Origin: Babesia bigemina
Taxonomy: Eukaryota
Length of the DNA stretch: 64,000 nucleotides
Assembly (NCBI RefSeq): GCF_000981445.1
Contig: NC_027218.1
Span: forward strand, 1,736,001-1,800,000
Direction: 5' to 3'
The notes beneath the pieces are model-generated. The model ran no database searches. It was not told the origin of the DNA and was given only the letters and a program-made list of their open reading frames with translations. Position numbers and translations under genes: made by a program. Each line of letters opens with the position of its first letter. Position 1 is the stretch's first letter. This document shows, piece after piece, positions 1 through 13,100 of the stretch.

Positions 1-755
1 GTTCGCGGAGGCCTGGAGGCGCTCCACACTCACCCAGCTCAACGTCCCGAAGCTCTCGACCATTGAGAGCAAAATCACGCACAAAATTACGCCTTCCAAG
101 GAACGGAAGCCCGCTTCCACGAATACGGAAACCGAAGCCGCCGTGGAAGTCACGGAGGAACTCGACGAGCTGCTTGCTAGGGAGATTGCGTTCCGACCGA
201 CCAGGAGGCGGACGCAGAAGGGGCAGCTGGAGACCAAGCAGGTCGAGAAGGTCAACGTCGACGGAGACCTGAGGAACGTGGAGAGGCTTGCGCAGCACTG
301 GCTGTTCCTCGCGCTCAAACACAGGCTGCACGGGTGGATGCTCCCAACCGCCGACCTGTACCACGGGGACGGCCTTAGACAAGTTAGTACGCGCGGCTGA
401 AACACAAATTGCGGCAGACGCTACAACGGCTGTGCGCCGAGCAGCTCGGTGAGAGCTATACTCCCTATTTTATCGGGTACGCGCCTTTCTTCCACCGGAC
501 CCTCCCGGTCCCGCAAGTTGGCGTGGAGTCCGAGATAAAGGGCAACAAGGTACGCGAACGCAGCGAACGCGATTGATTAGAGTGGCGCAGATATTCTACT
601 TCCGCGCGCGGCACGTGCCCGGGACGGCGCTAGACATACGGCCGCAGACGACCGACATCGTCGACCACGCGTGGTGCACCGTACACGAGCTCCACGACAA
701 GCTCAACGATCGCAAACTCGTTCAGGCACTACCGCTCGTGCAACATGGCGAATAG
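1..755 (+). CDS. Mitochondrial ribosomal protein mL46-like (5' end outside window)
   Basis: Open frame from nt 2. Splicing introns 383-417 and 550-590 joins NVERLAQHWLFLAL..WMLP..GDGLRQ|TLQRLCAEQLG..FIGYAPF..KGNK|IFYFRARH..DHAWCT, the NUDIX-like C-terminal pattern of mL46. Confidence 0.7.
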
Positions 756-2055
756 CAGCAAGAGCAAGACGAACAGCGAGGCGCCCAGGGTGGTCGCATG
801 CGCGGCTGACCCCTGCTACCGTGCCCTGATTTACGTGCTCGCGTTCGTCCTCGCGCACTTCGCGGTGCTGTACAAGACGCGATTCGACGTTAACGCGATA
901 GCTAGGCGATCGGTGCTGGTGAACCTGCTGCACATGACAGAGAGCAGCTGGGCAGTCGGGCTCTTCGTCCTTCAGGCAGGACTCGGGTTCCTGTCGCTCT
1001 GCGTGTACGCGTCCAGGTTCGTCGCCGCGGGATCGCCGCTGCCGTTCATTCTCCACGAGCACACCGATCTGGTCGGCCACACCGCCGTCGTGACTGGTAC
1101 GCGTAGCACACGGCCGTGACACATGTCCGCAGGCGGCACAAGCGGCGTCGGCAGGGAGACGGCCTTGCAGCTGCTGCTGTGGAGGTGCAAGGTCGTGATC
1201 ATCGGGCGCGACAAAACCAAGGGCGCGAACGCCGTGGAATACCTCCGGCAAAAGGCCAAAGTGGGATTGTAAGCGGTGCATCCACGTGCCCTAACAGCGC
1301 TCAGTGAGATGATCCAGTACGTGGAGATGGACCTCAACGACAAGAAGTCAATCGCCACGGCCGCGGCGGAGATCCTGCGCACCAACGCCTCGATAGACTT
1401 CCTCATCAACAACGCCGGCGTCGCCCAGGAGGCCACCATGAACGCGCACAAGATGGAGTCCATGTTCGCGGCCAACTTCCTCGGGCACTTCTACTTCACC
1501 AAGCTGCTCATGGGCGCGCTCAAGAGGGACAAGGCGCGGATCATCAACGTGTCCAGCCTGGCGCACTACTGCTACAACCCGAACGACGACCCGCTCCTCA
1601 AGGGCGGGCACACCATGCAGCTCCCCCGGAACGCCAACGCCCAAACCTACTACGCCAGGTCGAAGCTCTTCAACATCTGGCACGCGCAGGCGCTGCAGCG
1701 GCGGTTCGACAAGCTGGAGAAGGAGCACAGGGGGGTAGTGTGCTTCTCAGCGGCGCCGGGCATCGTGGCCACGCCGCTGCTGGAGAGCTACACGCGGCGG
1801 ATCCTGGCGCCGGTCCTCAGGGCCGTCGTCTGGTGCTTCACCAAGACGCCCAGGGATGGCGCCAACACGATACTGTGAGTCCCAAACCATCCACGCTGTA
1901 TGCGCCGCAGGTACCTCTGCTCCGCCCCGCTGGAGGAGCTCACCCCGGGAGGGTACTACTACGAGTGCAAGCTCGGGTACGTGAGCAAGCACGCGCAGGA
2001 CGCCCCCAAGCAGGAGGCCCTGTACGAACTCGCAGAGAAAATGCTTAAGACTTAA
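745..2055 (+). CDS. Short-chain dehydrogenase/reductase (WWOX/retinol dehydrogenase-like) with N-terminal hydrophobic segments
   Basis: VVTG|GTSGVG Rossmann motif split by an intron, LINNAGV, NFLGHF, IINVSS and catalytic YARSK. The last exon (after the intron ending at 1910) reads LYLCSAP..GGYYYECK..KMLKT*. The start codon is uncertain. Confidence 0.9.
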
Positions 2056-3209
2056 AACTCAGTGTTTGCGATACAGTCGATCAGATCGGTGGCCACCTGC
2101 TGCAGGCACCTGTAGACGTCCGGCGTGACGCCGGGGCAGCACATCAGGTTGAGCGGCTGGCACCGCGACGACCCGTCGGCGCCGCGTAGGCAGTACACGC
2201 TGACGCACGTCCCCAGGCGCTCCTCCTCGCTGGTAGGGTCCACGAAGAAGGTCTCGTCGGAGAACCGCAGGAAGGTGACCGTGAAGGGCAGGGCCAGCAG
2301 CTGCAGCGCCCTGCCGAGGTGCGCCGAGCTCCCCAGAAGCTGGCCCAGCATGCTTTCGTCCGACAGCTGCACGGACAGCTGCTTCTCAATGGCGCGCCGG
2401 TTGCTCCGGAGCAGCGCCACAGCCTGCGCGGGACGTGACTAAACTGTAGGCATAAAACGCACCTTAGCATCTCCGCAACTCGCTTGCTCCAGTATCCCCT
2501 GGTCTAGCGCCAGCAGCCTGTACGGGTTCGCCGGGTCGGCGGTGTCCAGCAGCACCACGGGCAGCGTCGCCTTCCTCAGCGCGAAGGACGCGGCCAGCAC
2601 GGAGGTGTCCAGCAGGTTGCCGTCGTACTCCTCGCACAGGATGTTCAGCTCCAGCTTCCAGCCGAACCTTCGACGCACCAGGTACTCGCAAACGGCGTCA
2701 GGCGCGGCGGCGCCCTCCTCACGCAGCAACTCGGCGAACCGCAGCTGCCTGGTCGGAACCACCTCCTCGCAGTTCAGCACCGTCTCCAGCAGCGTCGACA
2801 CGCAGAAGTGGACGTTCGCGCTGTTGCCGTTGGCGTCGTAGACGTACGTCTGCACCTGCTTCGGCAGCTCAACGGCCACAGAGACCGCGTTGTCGCCGCC
2901 CGGCGCCAGGGGGATGGTCACGTCGCTGTACCCCGGCACCGCCCTAACGGTGCAATGCACGTGAGTTTCGCCCGCCGTCAGCCTGACGGACGCTGTTATG
3001 GTGCCGCCGTCGCCGAGGGGCCGCCCGGAGCCGGCCGTGCCCTCTAGAAGGTCCGACACACCCACCGTGCGGAACGCCCGGAGCTTCCGGCCGTCCGGGC
3101 GGACCTGGCGGCGGATGTACTCGCCGTAGAACCCAACGGGGTCTATCTGGCGGTACACATCGCTGGAATACGCCTTGGCGTTAGAAGGAAGCTCACGGTC
3201 GCCAGACAT
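2052..3209 (-). CDS. RRP43: Exosome complex RNase PH-like subunit, RRP43-like
   Basis: IDPVGFYGEYIRRQVRPDGRKLRAFR, WKLELNILCEEYDGNLLD, ATLP and FFVDPTSEEE motifs. Intron at 2424-2462. Confidence 0.8.
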
Positions 3210-4147
3210 CGCTAATGGCAGTCGGTGGCGGCGGATGGGCACCCACAAGCCGCATAGCGCCGTGAGCTGCCCACGCGGCGGCGCAGCAGCTGCGTTGCGT
3301 AGAATTTTCGTGAGGAATCACGCAGGATGTGAGAGCCCAGGGGAAGCGGCGGTACGAGATACCCCGCCGCTGTACGCGCATGGCTCCGAGAAGCCGATAC
3401 GCGGACGACAAGCGCGTCGGACCGCTCCCCGAGGCACACACATGACTCCGTCCTACGCTGCCGGCAGATCTCGCCGCGAGCGGCTCCGTCCGCCGGGCTG
3501 GGAAGCTCCAGCGGAAGGACGGCGCCCAGCCCATAGATCCACAGCTACCTAAAATTACACGCTTGCCAAAAATACCATAGCACGGCACAGCTAACGCACA
3601 TGTGTATGCGTGGACAGCGCCGCAAGATTCTAAAGGGCACAAGCTGGCTAGGCATTCAGCTGGTTCACCGGGGATGTGGACGTAAAACCAAGCCAGCGCG
3701 ACACAGCGCAGCGAGAAACCGCGAACGCGCCGAAATCTACGGAATCTGGTATCAGGATGTGAAAATTCTAACCATCAATGAAGTGCACCGCGAGCCGGCA
3801 GATTCCAACAATCTTGCCGGTGTATCTTTGTTGGATCTCGGTCAACGTCGAGCCCACCGAAAGATGCCAGCAGACAGAATCTTCAGACAACAATCGCTTC
3901 AATCGCTAGAATCGCTCCAGCAGGACGAAAAAGCTCGCGACCTCGAAGCAGCAAGCAAATTCGACGGTGACGCTTGCAACCGCATCGCCACTAGTGCGTT
4001 TACGCGAAAAGTTTAGAAAGACGTGGAATTTTACCACGAAGCACACTCAAAAGGCGTAATTTGGCGACGACGAATTTGCAAGTTTGCTCTGGCCCGGAAA
4101 ATCGACAGCTGGACGTGGGACGCCACGTCGACACCGACTGGATAACG

Positions 4148-5272
4148 ATGGCAGCAGACAAGGGGACAGGAAGGCGCGATGCCAGCTCAAATAACAACGA
4201 GGATAGAATGGTGCCGTCCGCATTGCTGCAAAGTGCGGATACACACGAAACCAGGCTACACGACAAGGGCAGGTCTCGCTCGGGTGCATACGACCACCGG
4301 CAACGCTTGGAAGGGGACGTATACAGCAACGACACGGAGCTTTACATGGAACCGCTCGCAAGTGGCCAATTTTCAACCATACAGGACATTTACGGCCAGG
4401 ACCACGTTGCCACACCCAAGGGGCGCCCCAACGTGCCACCGATGGGCAGCGAGGACGGCTCCTTCCTTATGAACCGAATCGCCGACCACAAGGAACAGGC
4501 GCTGCACTACGCCGCGGGCAAATATGGGCACCTTATGGGGTACAACAAGCCCCCGAAGGCTGACCAGTTCGGGTTCCCCGTTGGGGGCGACTTCTACCTG
4601 CCGCCACCGGCGCAGACGGCGCCTTCGCAGCCGGAGATCTCTTTCACCTCGTGGAATCCGCGCGATTTTTCCATGTACCAGCTCAGAGCGGTCTGCGGAA
4701 ACGACAGCGGCAACTCTACCGTTGACGGCGAGTCGGTGGAGGACAGCGATGAGATGGTTGGGCCCGACGGCACAATGCCGCCGGCCAACAAAAGGGACCC
4801 CATCTACACCGCGATATCAGGGCTCAAGTGGAAGGCGAAGAGCAAAAAATGGGTTGTCAGGTGGGACAACCCGATCACGAACAGGCGCGTGTACAAATAT
4901 TTCAGCGGGCTCAGGTACGGGTTCATGGAGGCCCACAAACGCGCGAAGTACTACCTCGAGTTCCTCAACGCGTCGGTAGGCAGGCTGGAAGCGCCGAGCG
5001 TCGGGAACCCGTTCTGCCGGCGCATAGAGGGCCCCCCGAAGGGGAAGGCGAACAAGGGGCTGATGAGGAAGCTCATGAACCGCAACCGCACCGATGCCAT
5101 CTTCAAACCCAGCAATATGATGTATGGGTACCACGCCCAGGCGCCGTACAGCAACCCAATGAAGTTCGAAACGCCACGCGAATCCAACACGCCAGAACAG
5201 CCCATGTACCGGTTTGGCTCTAGCATGAACGACCCCTACTGCCTCGCGGAAGCAACCGCTTCCGGGTACTGA
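4148..5272 (+). CDS. ApiAP2 transcription factor with a single AP2 domain
   Basis: [45 protein letters not shown] (about 4815-4970) fits the AP2 three-strand plus helix pattern. The rest is low complexity. First ATG is at 4148. Confidence 0.85.
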   Translation: MAADKGTGRRDASSNNNEDRMVPSALLQSADTHETRLHDKGRSRSGAYDHRQRLEGDVYSNDTELYMEPLASGQFSTIQDIYGQDHVATPKGRPNVPPMGSEDGSFLMNRIADHKEQALHYAAGKYGHLMGYNKPPKADQFGFPVGGDFYLPPPAQTAPSQPEISFTSWNPRDFSMYQLRAVCGNDSGNSTVDGESVEDSDEMVGPDGTMPPANKRDPIYTAISGLKWKAKSKKWVVRWDNPITNRRVYKYFSGLRYGFMEAHKRAKYYLEFLNASVGRLEAPSVGNPFCRRIEGPPKGKANKGLMRKLMNRNRTDAIFKPSNMMYGYHAQAPYSNPMKFETPRESNTPEQPMYRFGSSMNDPYCLAEATASGY

Positions 5273-5727
5273 ACCCGCGCAGCGCATACGTCTGCCGCCT
5301 CGGAGCGCACAACCCACGCCACTCTGCTGCGCAGGTAACAATGGAAAGACGCTACACCCAATAGCCGAGGCGTGGTGGGGACGACGCAGACGAACGGTGC
5401 ACTCCGTATCCAGGCTTCAACATCGGATACGAGCATCGGCAACCGTGTACATTTTATTATAATCGCCTCCGTAGAAGCTAGAACTTGCGTAACCGCAACA
5501 ACGAGAATTTAAAGGCTTACGAGGGCCGAATTTTTGTCAACGAAGTGGAGCAAACCCTGCTGCCTCGGCAACTCACGGCGCAGGGCACGGGGCGATCGGC
5601 ATCAGGCGAGACGCTGCTACAGGGCAACGCTGCAGCAGTGCCATTCGGCAAAAACACACGATAGAATTTTTAACCGCATACACGTTATCCGATGTACAAA
5701 TTAAGTTAGTTCGGGCCCTAAAACAGG

Positions 5728-6124
5728 CTAGTCGTCTGACTCAGGGGACTTGTAGGGAAGGTCGATGTAGAGCCTCTGCTCGCATGTTAGCCAGGTCAAC
5801 AAATCGCTACGGTGAGCACGCACGCATTCCACCTACCCCCTTGTTCACGTGCCTCCAGAACGCGTCGCAGGCCGTGCCGAGAGCGTAGCAGCTCAGGCAG
5901 CCGCCGGCGATGCTGAAGAGCCAGTAACCCTTGCTGTGCTTCAAAACGTGGTTGTATATCCTACGCAGTGGTGTGAACGCGCGCGGAAACCGGCGAATCG
6001 CCTACCTGGTAGCGTTTAGCGCGGACGTCAGCGGGCCGAAGATGTCCTTGCCTCGGCGGCTCCGCTTGAGGCCGTCCCACACCCCCTTGGGGTACTGGTC
6101 CGAGTAAGGGCTGCCGAACACCAT
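5728..6124 (-). CDS. QCR9: Cytochrome bc1 complex subunit 9 (QCR9/UQCR10)-like, 3 exons, absent from the ORF track
   Basis: Introns 5961-6005 and 5776-5836 give MVFGSPYSDQYPKGVWDG..TRIYNHVLKHSKGYWLFSIAGGCLSCYALGTACDAFWRHVNKGRLYIDLPYKSPESDD*. One TM helix followed by D..W..vNkG.L is the QCR9 signature. Confidence 0.75.
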
Positions 6125-6796
6125 TTTCGACCTGCCTAGTTAGACCTGGATGGCCCGGTTGCCGCAGCGCTTAGCGACGCGCCCGCGCCGTCCCCAGATG
6201 TATACGGCACTCGGCTCCTGACACCTCCGCTAGCGTAGGATGTTACGGCACATAATTTTGCTCAAATCATGCGGATATCTATACGCTATGTCAGCCTCCT
6301 AGGTGTGCTCAGAATGAGCAGCTGAGGGATGCCGATGGCCACAGCGTTACCTGGAACCGGGCGGTATAGAGATTAATCTACTAATACCACAGCTGAATAC
6401 AGCGTACTTATTCCGTCATGCGTGTCGACGTACAGGAAATGCCACTGTCGGCGATAGGCGGCATTCAAAGCTGTAACGCGGCACTCTGACATACTTGGCC
6501 ATATCTATCCTAATTTGCAGCTCCTATGGTTGCATCGTATAAATCTAAGGTGCATAATAATTCCAAACGTCGCGATGTGTGACGGAATCCACAGCTGAGC
6601 GCGCTGTTGTGGCTCTGTTCTTAACGCAGTCGTCGCACATTAACACAACCAGCACCCACTAGACAACGTGATTAAACAGCCAGTTGGCTACTCAAATGCA
6701 TAGTTAACGGTGGTTTGGCTTAGATGGTACAACTCAAAGCAGCATGAGAGATAGCGGCTGCTAGACCGTCCTCACTACTGGGACCGCGGCGCAAAA

Positions 6797-9575
6797 ATGC
6801 GAAAATGCGCGTCCTTGCTGTGGTATAACTGGAGTATAGTACTACAGGGGATTTTGTATCTGGCATGGCTGCGTCTTCTAGTGTCGAGGTGGAAAGGGGC
6901 ACATGGAAGGCAGCTCAGAATACTGCTCGCCTGTACCCTGCTGTTTTATCGCAACCAAGCACCCGATGAACGACACAGGCAGCAAAATGGAGTGTGCTTC
7001 GTCGTATCAGGGGCTTCCATCGCAACCGGAGGGGTACCCATGTCTCCGTTTCCACGCCATGCGGCTTCCGACATGGGCGATGGCACGTGGTATGCCACCG
7101 CCTTTGTACGCAGGTGCAAAAACGGATGCGCGCGTCATAGAGCCGTGATTCGTAGATACGGAGCTGTGTCGCTTGCTGATGGTGCAGCAAAGGACGGGGT
7201 GGCAACAGAGCAGCACTCCCTGTCCGGAGGTGAAGCATCTGAAAATGGTACTATAAGTGAAATGCGCAAGCAACCAATGGCTTCTAAGCCTATCACAAGG
7301 AAAACGAGGTCACGCAGAAAACTGGGTAAACCAAAGACAGTTGCGGACATCATCAAACGGCGCCTGATCCCCCAACCGCCGTCACTCAGGGAAACCGATC
7401 GTTTGATAGCAAGGAAACCCTGGAAACGAATGGGTATACCGTCCATCATCAAACAGGAGAGACAGAAGATAGAGGAGACGGATGCATTCCTGGATGATTA
7501 TTTTCACTCATACCTCATCAAAAAAGGGACGGATGCAGGACTGCGCTGCGGCGTGAAGACCGTAGACGAAAAGCTCTTCCAGAATAGCCAGAGCAGCTCA
7601 CAGCGGTCGTCAAGCAACGATGACATGACGCCGGGGACTACGTATAAATACGATGCCGACGAACTGCTGCAAATATGGAACACGAAAGGGGGGCATTTCT
7701 ACACCAGCATACCCAAAACGGTAGCCATGTTGCAGATAGTGAGGCGCATAGCGGTCGATTCGAAGGCTGATCTGGAAATGATTAACCGCATTCGGGACCA
7801 CGTGTGTTTCAAGCGGCTTGTGGGCAGCGTCGTACGGCACATGAAGTACCTGACACGAATCGAGCTGCCGAGCCACCTCAAAAACTACCCCAAGCTCATG
7901 AAAATGGTGCCCAAATTCAACAATGAACAAATGGTCACAATCTTCACCGTGCTGGCGTACTTCCGATTCAGCAACGAGAAGGTTCTCGACGCCATGCTGC
8001 AGTACTCGAAGCCCTACAAAGAGTTCACGCCAGAGGAAATGAGATCGGTCATCATATCATGCATCAAAATGGGCGCTGACGCTTCGCAGATAGTGGGCGA
8101 TTACGTCGATAAGCTGAAGGCGGAAATCATGCAATCAGAGCAGCCGAATGGCAACGCGCAGCAGGAACTGGACATATACCTAGATGTGCTCCGCATATGC
8201 AGCAAGACGGATCACATGGACAACGAACTGTTCAAGCATATTGCACGATTCGTCAAGCAACAAGAGAATATGCCCGTTGGGACGGCCATAGCCGCTGCAT
8301 GCCTGTTCGCGGAGGTCCACCATATCGATGAGGAGCTGTACCAGCACCTATACACAGTGATGACGAACAATATCGACTCTATAAGGGGTAAAAATGTAGT
8401 CAATAAACTGGTATGTCGAGATGGATCGCTGTCGAAATTTCACTCAGGTAACGGGTATGGCCATGTGCCACTCCAGGCCCCCTAAAAAACTGGTTGACCA
8501 TTTGGCCAACTCGGTTCTCCAGGAAATCAAGTCGTACAGTTTGGTAAAGCTTACTGCGACGCTTAGGTGGGCAGTGGACTGAGGGTTGTCAATATGTGCA
8601 GGAACCTTGCCCTGATGGACAGCTACAACGACGCCCTCTGCCACAAGGTCTTCAACCTAGAGCTCTTCACGAACCCACCGTCGGTCAAGGTTCTGCAACA
8701 GATCAACCTGAAACTGAACCAAAAGAAGACGGTGTATGCAGTAAGTCAGCTGTGGAAACGGCCATACGTCCTTAGGCATACCTTCATCCCACGGCAACGA
8801 GCACGCTGAACGTGGTATTTGGGAATGCCTACCAGGCGTACCTGGGGTACCGCCTGCTGGGTAAGACGCAGAATAAATTCGAGCTTCCTAAGGAGGCGGT
8901 AAGCAGGTTGAAGGTGAGGCTGTCAGTGGTAGAAACATGCATGAAACAGGCTATCTACACCGCAAGCGCCAAAAATTGGACGTTCGGTTCATCTTCGTTC
9001 CACATACAAGTGCGAGATTTGCTGAAAGAGGTACGCAGGCATGTAGAACTGTAAATTATAATGCAGGCGTTCGGAATTGAGTCTGAAGTTGAACACATAA
9101 CCAGTGACGGGCTGCTTGTAGACATAGCCATACTGCCCACCAGTCTGGCACAGTTCACGGAACAAGTTGGTGCCCAAGATTTCCTGAAGGATAAACGATG
9201 CGCCATTGAGGTGCACGGGCCTTTCCACTACCTGCAGAAGTCCACGGATGTATTTCCGCCACCAATGAACAACACAACGACATTCAAGGAAAGGTACGCC
9301 ACCAAACACAGACAGGTGCATGCAGCATTGCTGAAGTAACATTGCGATATATGTTTTTGCAGGCTGTTGAGAGCTCGAGGCTGGGATGTTGCACACCTTC
9401 ACTACTGGTCGCTCGTCCCATGGTAATAACGTGGCTCTGTAGAACCTAACTGCGTTGCAGGATGAAGAGGGATCACAAAATTCGCGTTCTCGCTAGACTC
9501 CTTCCGCAATGGGTGAAGAATATCTGCAATATCGCGGATGTAAAAACGACGCCTAGTCAAATGGCGCCCTCTTGA
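6797..9575 (+). CDS. RAP-domain organellar RNA-binding protein, multi-exon
   Basis: C-terminal exons read GLLVDIAIL..CAIEVHGPFHYL..TTTFKER|LLRARGWDVAHLHYW, a RAP domain. Helical repeats precede it, and the N-terminus is hydrophobic. Confidence 0.85.
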
Positions 9576-9942
9576 TATTTTCCGGCGGAGTCACCCTCGT
9601 ACTCTGTAACGGTATTAACCTATAAAACAGCTAACCAACCTTCCACACGGCACTGACATACGTGGTTGTCGGTGATTTCCTGCAAGGGTTTGTCACTCAA
9701 AGACAGTGGCATACCGATTCGTCCGGGAACGTGAGGATGTCGACGTACTCCATCACAATGCTGGGCTTCTTCCACGGCAGAACAAGCGGTTGCGGGTCGC
9801 TTTTAGCGGTTCCCATAGAACCGATCGCATTCATCAGAATGTTTTGGATCTTGTCCCTAGCTTTCTTGCCGGCGTAGCACCGAGGTAGAAAAAACAACAA
9901 ACAAAATACCAAATAAAAACACCTCATAGAAGGCACCCTCAT
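9557..9942 (-). CDS. Small secreted hypothetical protein, 3 exons including an 18-nt microexon
   Basis: Signal peptide MRCFYLVFCLLFFLPRCYA. GT-AG introns 9680-9714 and 9620-9661 keep frame: ..TFPDES|EITDNH|VNTVTEYEGDSAGKYQEGAI*. Confidence 0.55.
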
Positions 9943-10186
9943 CCTCGATATGGTACGTTAAAGTAGTCATACCTAGGTGTGTATACTAGGTGTGCCCAGA
10001 AATCAGCGCCACCCGGACGTAGGATTCTAGGTGGTGTGTAGACCACGTCAATGTCCGGTGACGCTACTCCACGTGGAAGCTGCACAAACGCATAACATAG
10101 CTATACATGTGTTATTTATAGCTCAATGTCGCACATTGCGGTACATTTATTGAGTTGCAGGGGCTTATAGCCGTCGAATCGCAAAA

Positions 10187-13100
10187 ATGAAGTGGAAGGT
10201 TCCCCGGGCTCTGCGTGCCAAAGTGCACGCCGGAGTGGCTCCTAACGGAAATAGGCGGCCAGCGCACACCCTGAAGCATATGCCATTTGCAGATGACTTC
10301 ATGTGTGCCAGGTTGCCGACTGCAAACTTGGGAGTGGAGTTGGTCAAGGGAGCATTCCTAGGATTCCGCAGACACGCGGTGAACAGGTTCTTGAAAGCCC
10401 TGGCTTTGCATGGCAACGAAGTGCATGAAAGGTCGCGATTGGTGCAAAGGGACGACAAATACGCTCATGACATGGATGCCATCCTGCAAATATACCTTGA
10501 AAGGATGCCTCTCGACCAGCTGTTAGTGCTCTACCAGGTATGTCGCCATTCCATCCTTGACATATATAAACAGATTAACCTCAAATGCGCTACTGTGAAC
10601 AGCGAGATCAAGTATTCATTTATCGAGGCCGTATCGCAGAAGCTAGTACAGTATATGCGTGACGTCACGTCGCACGAGACCATTGGGCACTATCTGAAAA
10701 ACGCAACGCACAGCGCCCGGACACGTTGCAAGAGATACGAGAAGGAGTTGTGTGAATTTCTTATACAAACTAGGCATAACCTGCTCAAAACAAGGAAAGA
10801 GGTTTTTGAGGGCGCCAGAGAGGGTAACCCAAGTGCCGAAAGCTTTGTGACATTCGAGAGGAAGCGGATTAACCCGTGCCATCAACTGGGTGCTGCTACG
10901 AGCGTTGAGAACACGCCTAGCTGTATAAAGACGAAATCGATATCTTTGCCCGGTGGTGCCACCACTTTGGAAAACGACGAATGTAGTGACGGGTTGTTTA
11001 CGGCACCTCCGGGTGACGAATCCAGTGTAGGTGATGTGGGTATGCCGGTGAATACAAACCGATGTGCCACAGAAAGCTCTCAGTGCTTACTGGAAGCGGA
11101 TTGGGAGTCGGTTTGTGCCGATGATAGTTTTGCTCTAACGCATCGAACTATGACTGAGGACTGCTTTCTGTCCACAGATGTCATGGGCACCGTGTTGGGG
11201 CATATGTTCGCAGTGAAGTTTTGGCACAGAGGGTTCCCCTTCCATACATGGATAAATCAGTATTTTGTGCACAACTCCCACATCTATCACCCCCTGTTCG
11301 CTCGGCTCTACATGACGCATATTGTCGCATTAATCGAGCGTAACACCAATCCCGTGAACCTGGATGCATTGTGCGATGTCGTAAAACAGGACATTATCAT
11401 GTATGGCAATCGCGACGTTTCTATGGAAGAAATGTTTACAGTACGCACGAACGGGTACCTGCACGAGGTCAAATTCGGCATCCCCGAAATGATAGAAATG
11501 TTTTCATCTGTCAAACGGTTATCACAAAATGCGAAATTGAGGGAAGTGTACGTGTTGGTGGTCAAGGCGTTGTCCGATGTTATAGTAAAAGCGCCCGTGG
11601 ACGCCAAGGTTATCAACACAATCGCAAACATATGTAATCGCAATGATGGAGTCGGTGGTGTAGAGTCGCTACTGTACGTTCTGGAGTCTAAACTGATGAG
11701 TAGCCTTGACGCGGTCACTTGCATGGACGTATGCAGTCTGCTGCAGGCGCTGCATAAACACGACCTGCACAGCCAAGATGTGGTGGATGCGATGGCTGAT
11801 AAACTGGATATAGACAATCTAGATGAACTCAGCATGTCAACCATTGCGCTCTCAATACAAACTCTAGGGCGTATGCAGGCGCATTTTAAAAACAATAATT
11901 TTCTGCATAGGATAGCGAATATGTTGGCGGACAACCCCCAAAAGTTCTACGAAGCGTCCGAGTCAAACTGCTCAGGCATTCTTTGGGGTTTGTACAAGCT
12001 TCATTTCAAACATCCGAGGTTTCTGGAAATGGCGGTACAGAGGTACTCTGCGAAGGAGCTCGGCACGCCGAATGTTAACTCCTTGGTAATTTCGCTGACT
12101 GCACTTACACGGCTGGACAGCTTCACGCATCCGTCTGTGCTCGTCGAGATATACAAACTGATACTCAGGAACATATCCAGCATGACCATTTCCACATCTC
12201 AACAGTTGGTCACCTGCGTCACTCGGATGCTGGAAAACATAACGCTTTGCTGCTCGGACCAGACGAGTTACAAAACAATGAGGAGCATCAGCAACAAGCT
12301 CATCAACGCGGCCATGAAGCACGTTTGTGAACGCCTGGTCGAACAAATCAACACCGCCCAGGCGGGGGCCATGCTGAATGCGCTCTACCGCTCGAAACTA
12401 CGGGCGCCGGACCTCATTGCGCCACTCATCGCGTCAATTGCTGGGGCATACAAAAAGGGACAGGACTGGCAATCAAGCCTACATATGCCGAGGAAAAGCA
12501 TCTACTCCTACGACACAATGCCAGACTGCCCGTTTGATATTGAGGCATGCGGCAGGAAATTGGAAAAGGTGGAAATCACGCATCTGGTAGGCATCTGTGA
12601 GGCTATATACGGTCTCGACTATTGGACTCCGTATTCGCTTAATTTAATGATGCAACTCCAGAAACACATCAAGCCCCAACTGCACGACATGAAGGCGACG
12701 CACATTCTTGCCGCGTGTCTGTCGTTCTCCAGCTGGCCGTTCACGGATACCCAAATGGAGCCAATTAACCCCAACAATGCGCCGGCGAAGAGATCCCGTA
12801 CAACGAATATGATGCCAAACGTTCGTGCTGTGGTAGAGCACGACTTGGCCAAAACAAAAGAACGGTCGGAGAGTTGGCTTGAAGCGAACATGTTGCAACC
12901 ACCATCTGCAGATGTTTTGAGTCATTTCAGGAAAATGCTGATGAGGAGTCAGTTAAAGGAAGACTTCTTACTGCGGTGTATAGAAAGCCTGCACAGGCAC
13001 GCCAATTTTCTATGCGCGGCGTCTATGCCGCTGAGGCGGCTGAAGATCATGTATGATATGTTGAGGTACAATATTTACCTCGATCATTATGACACTGCTG

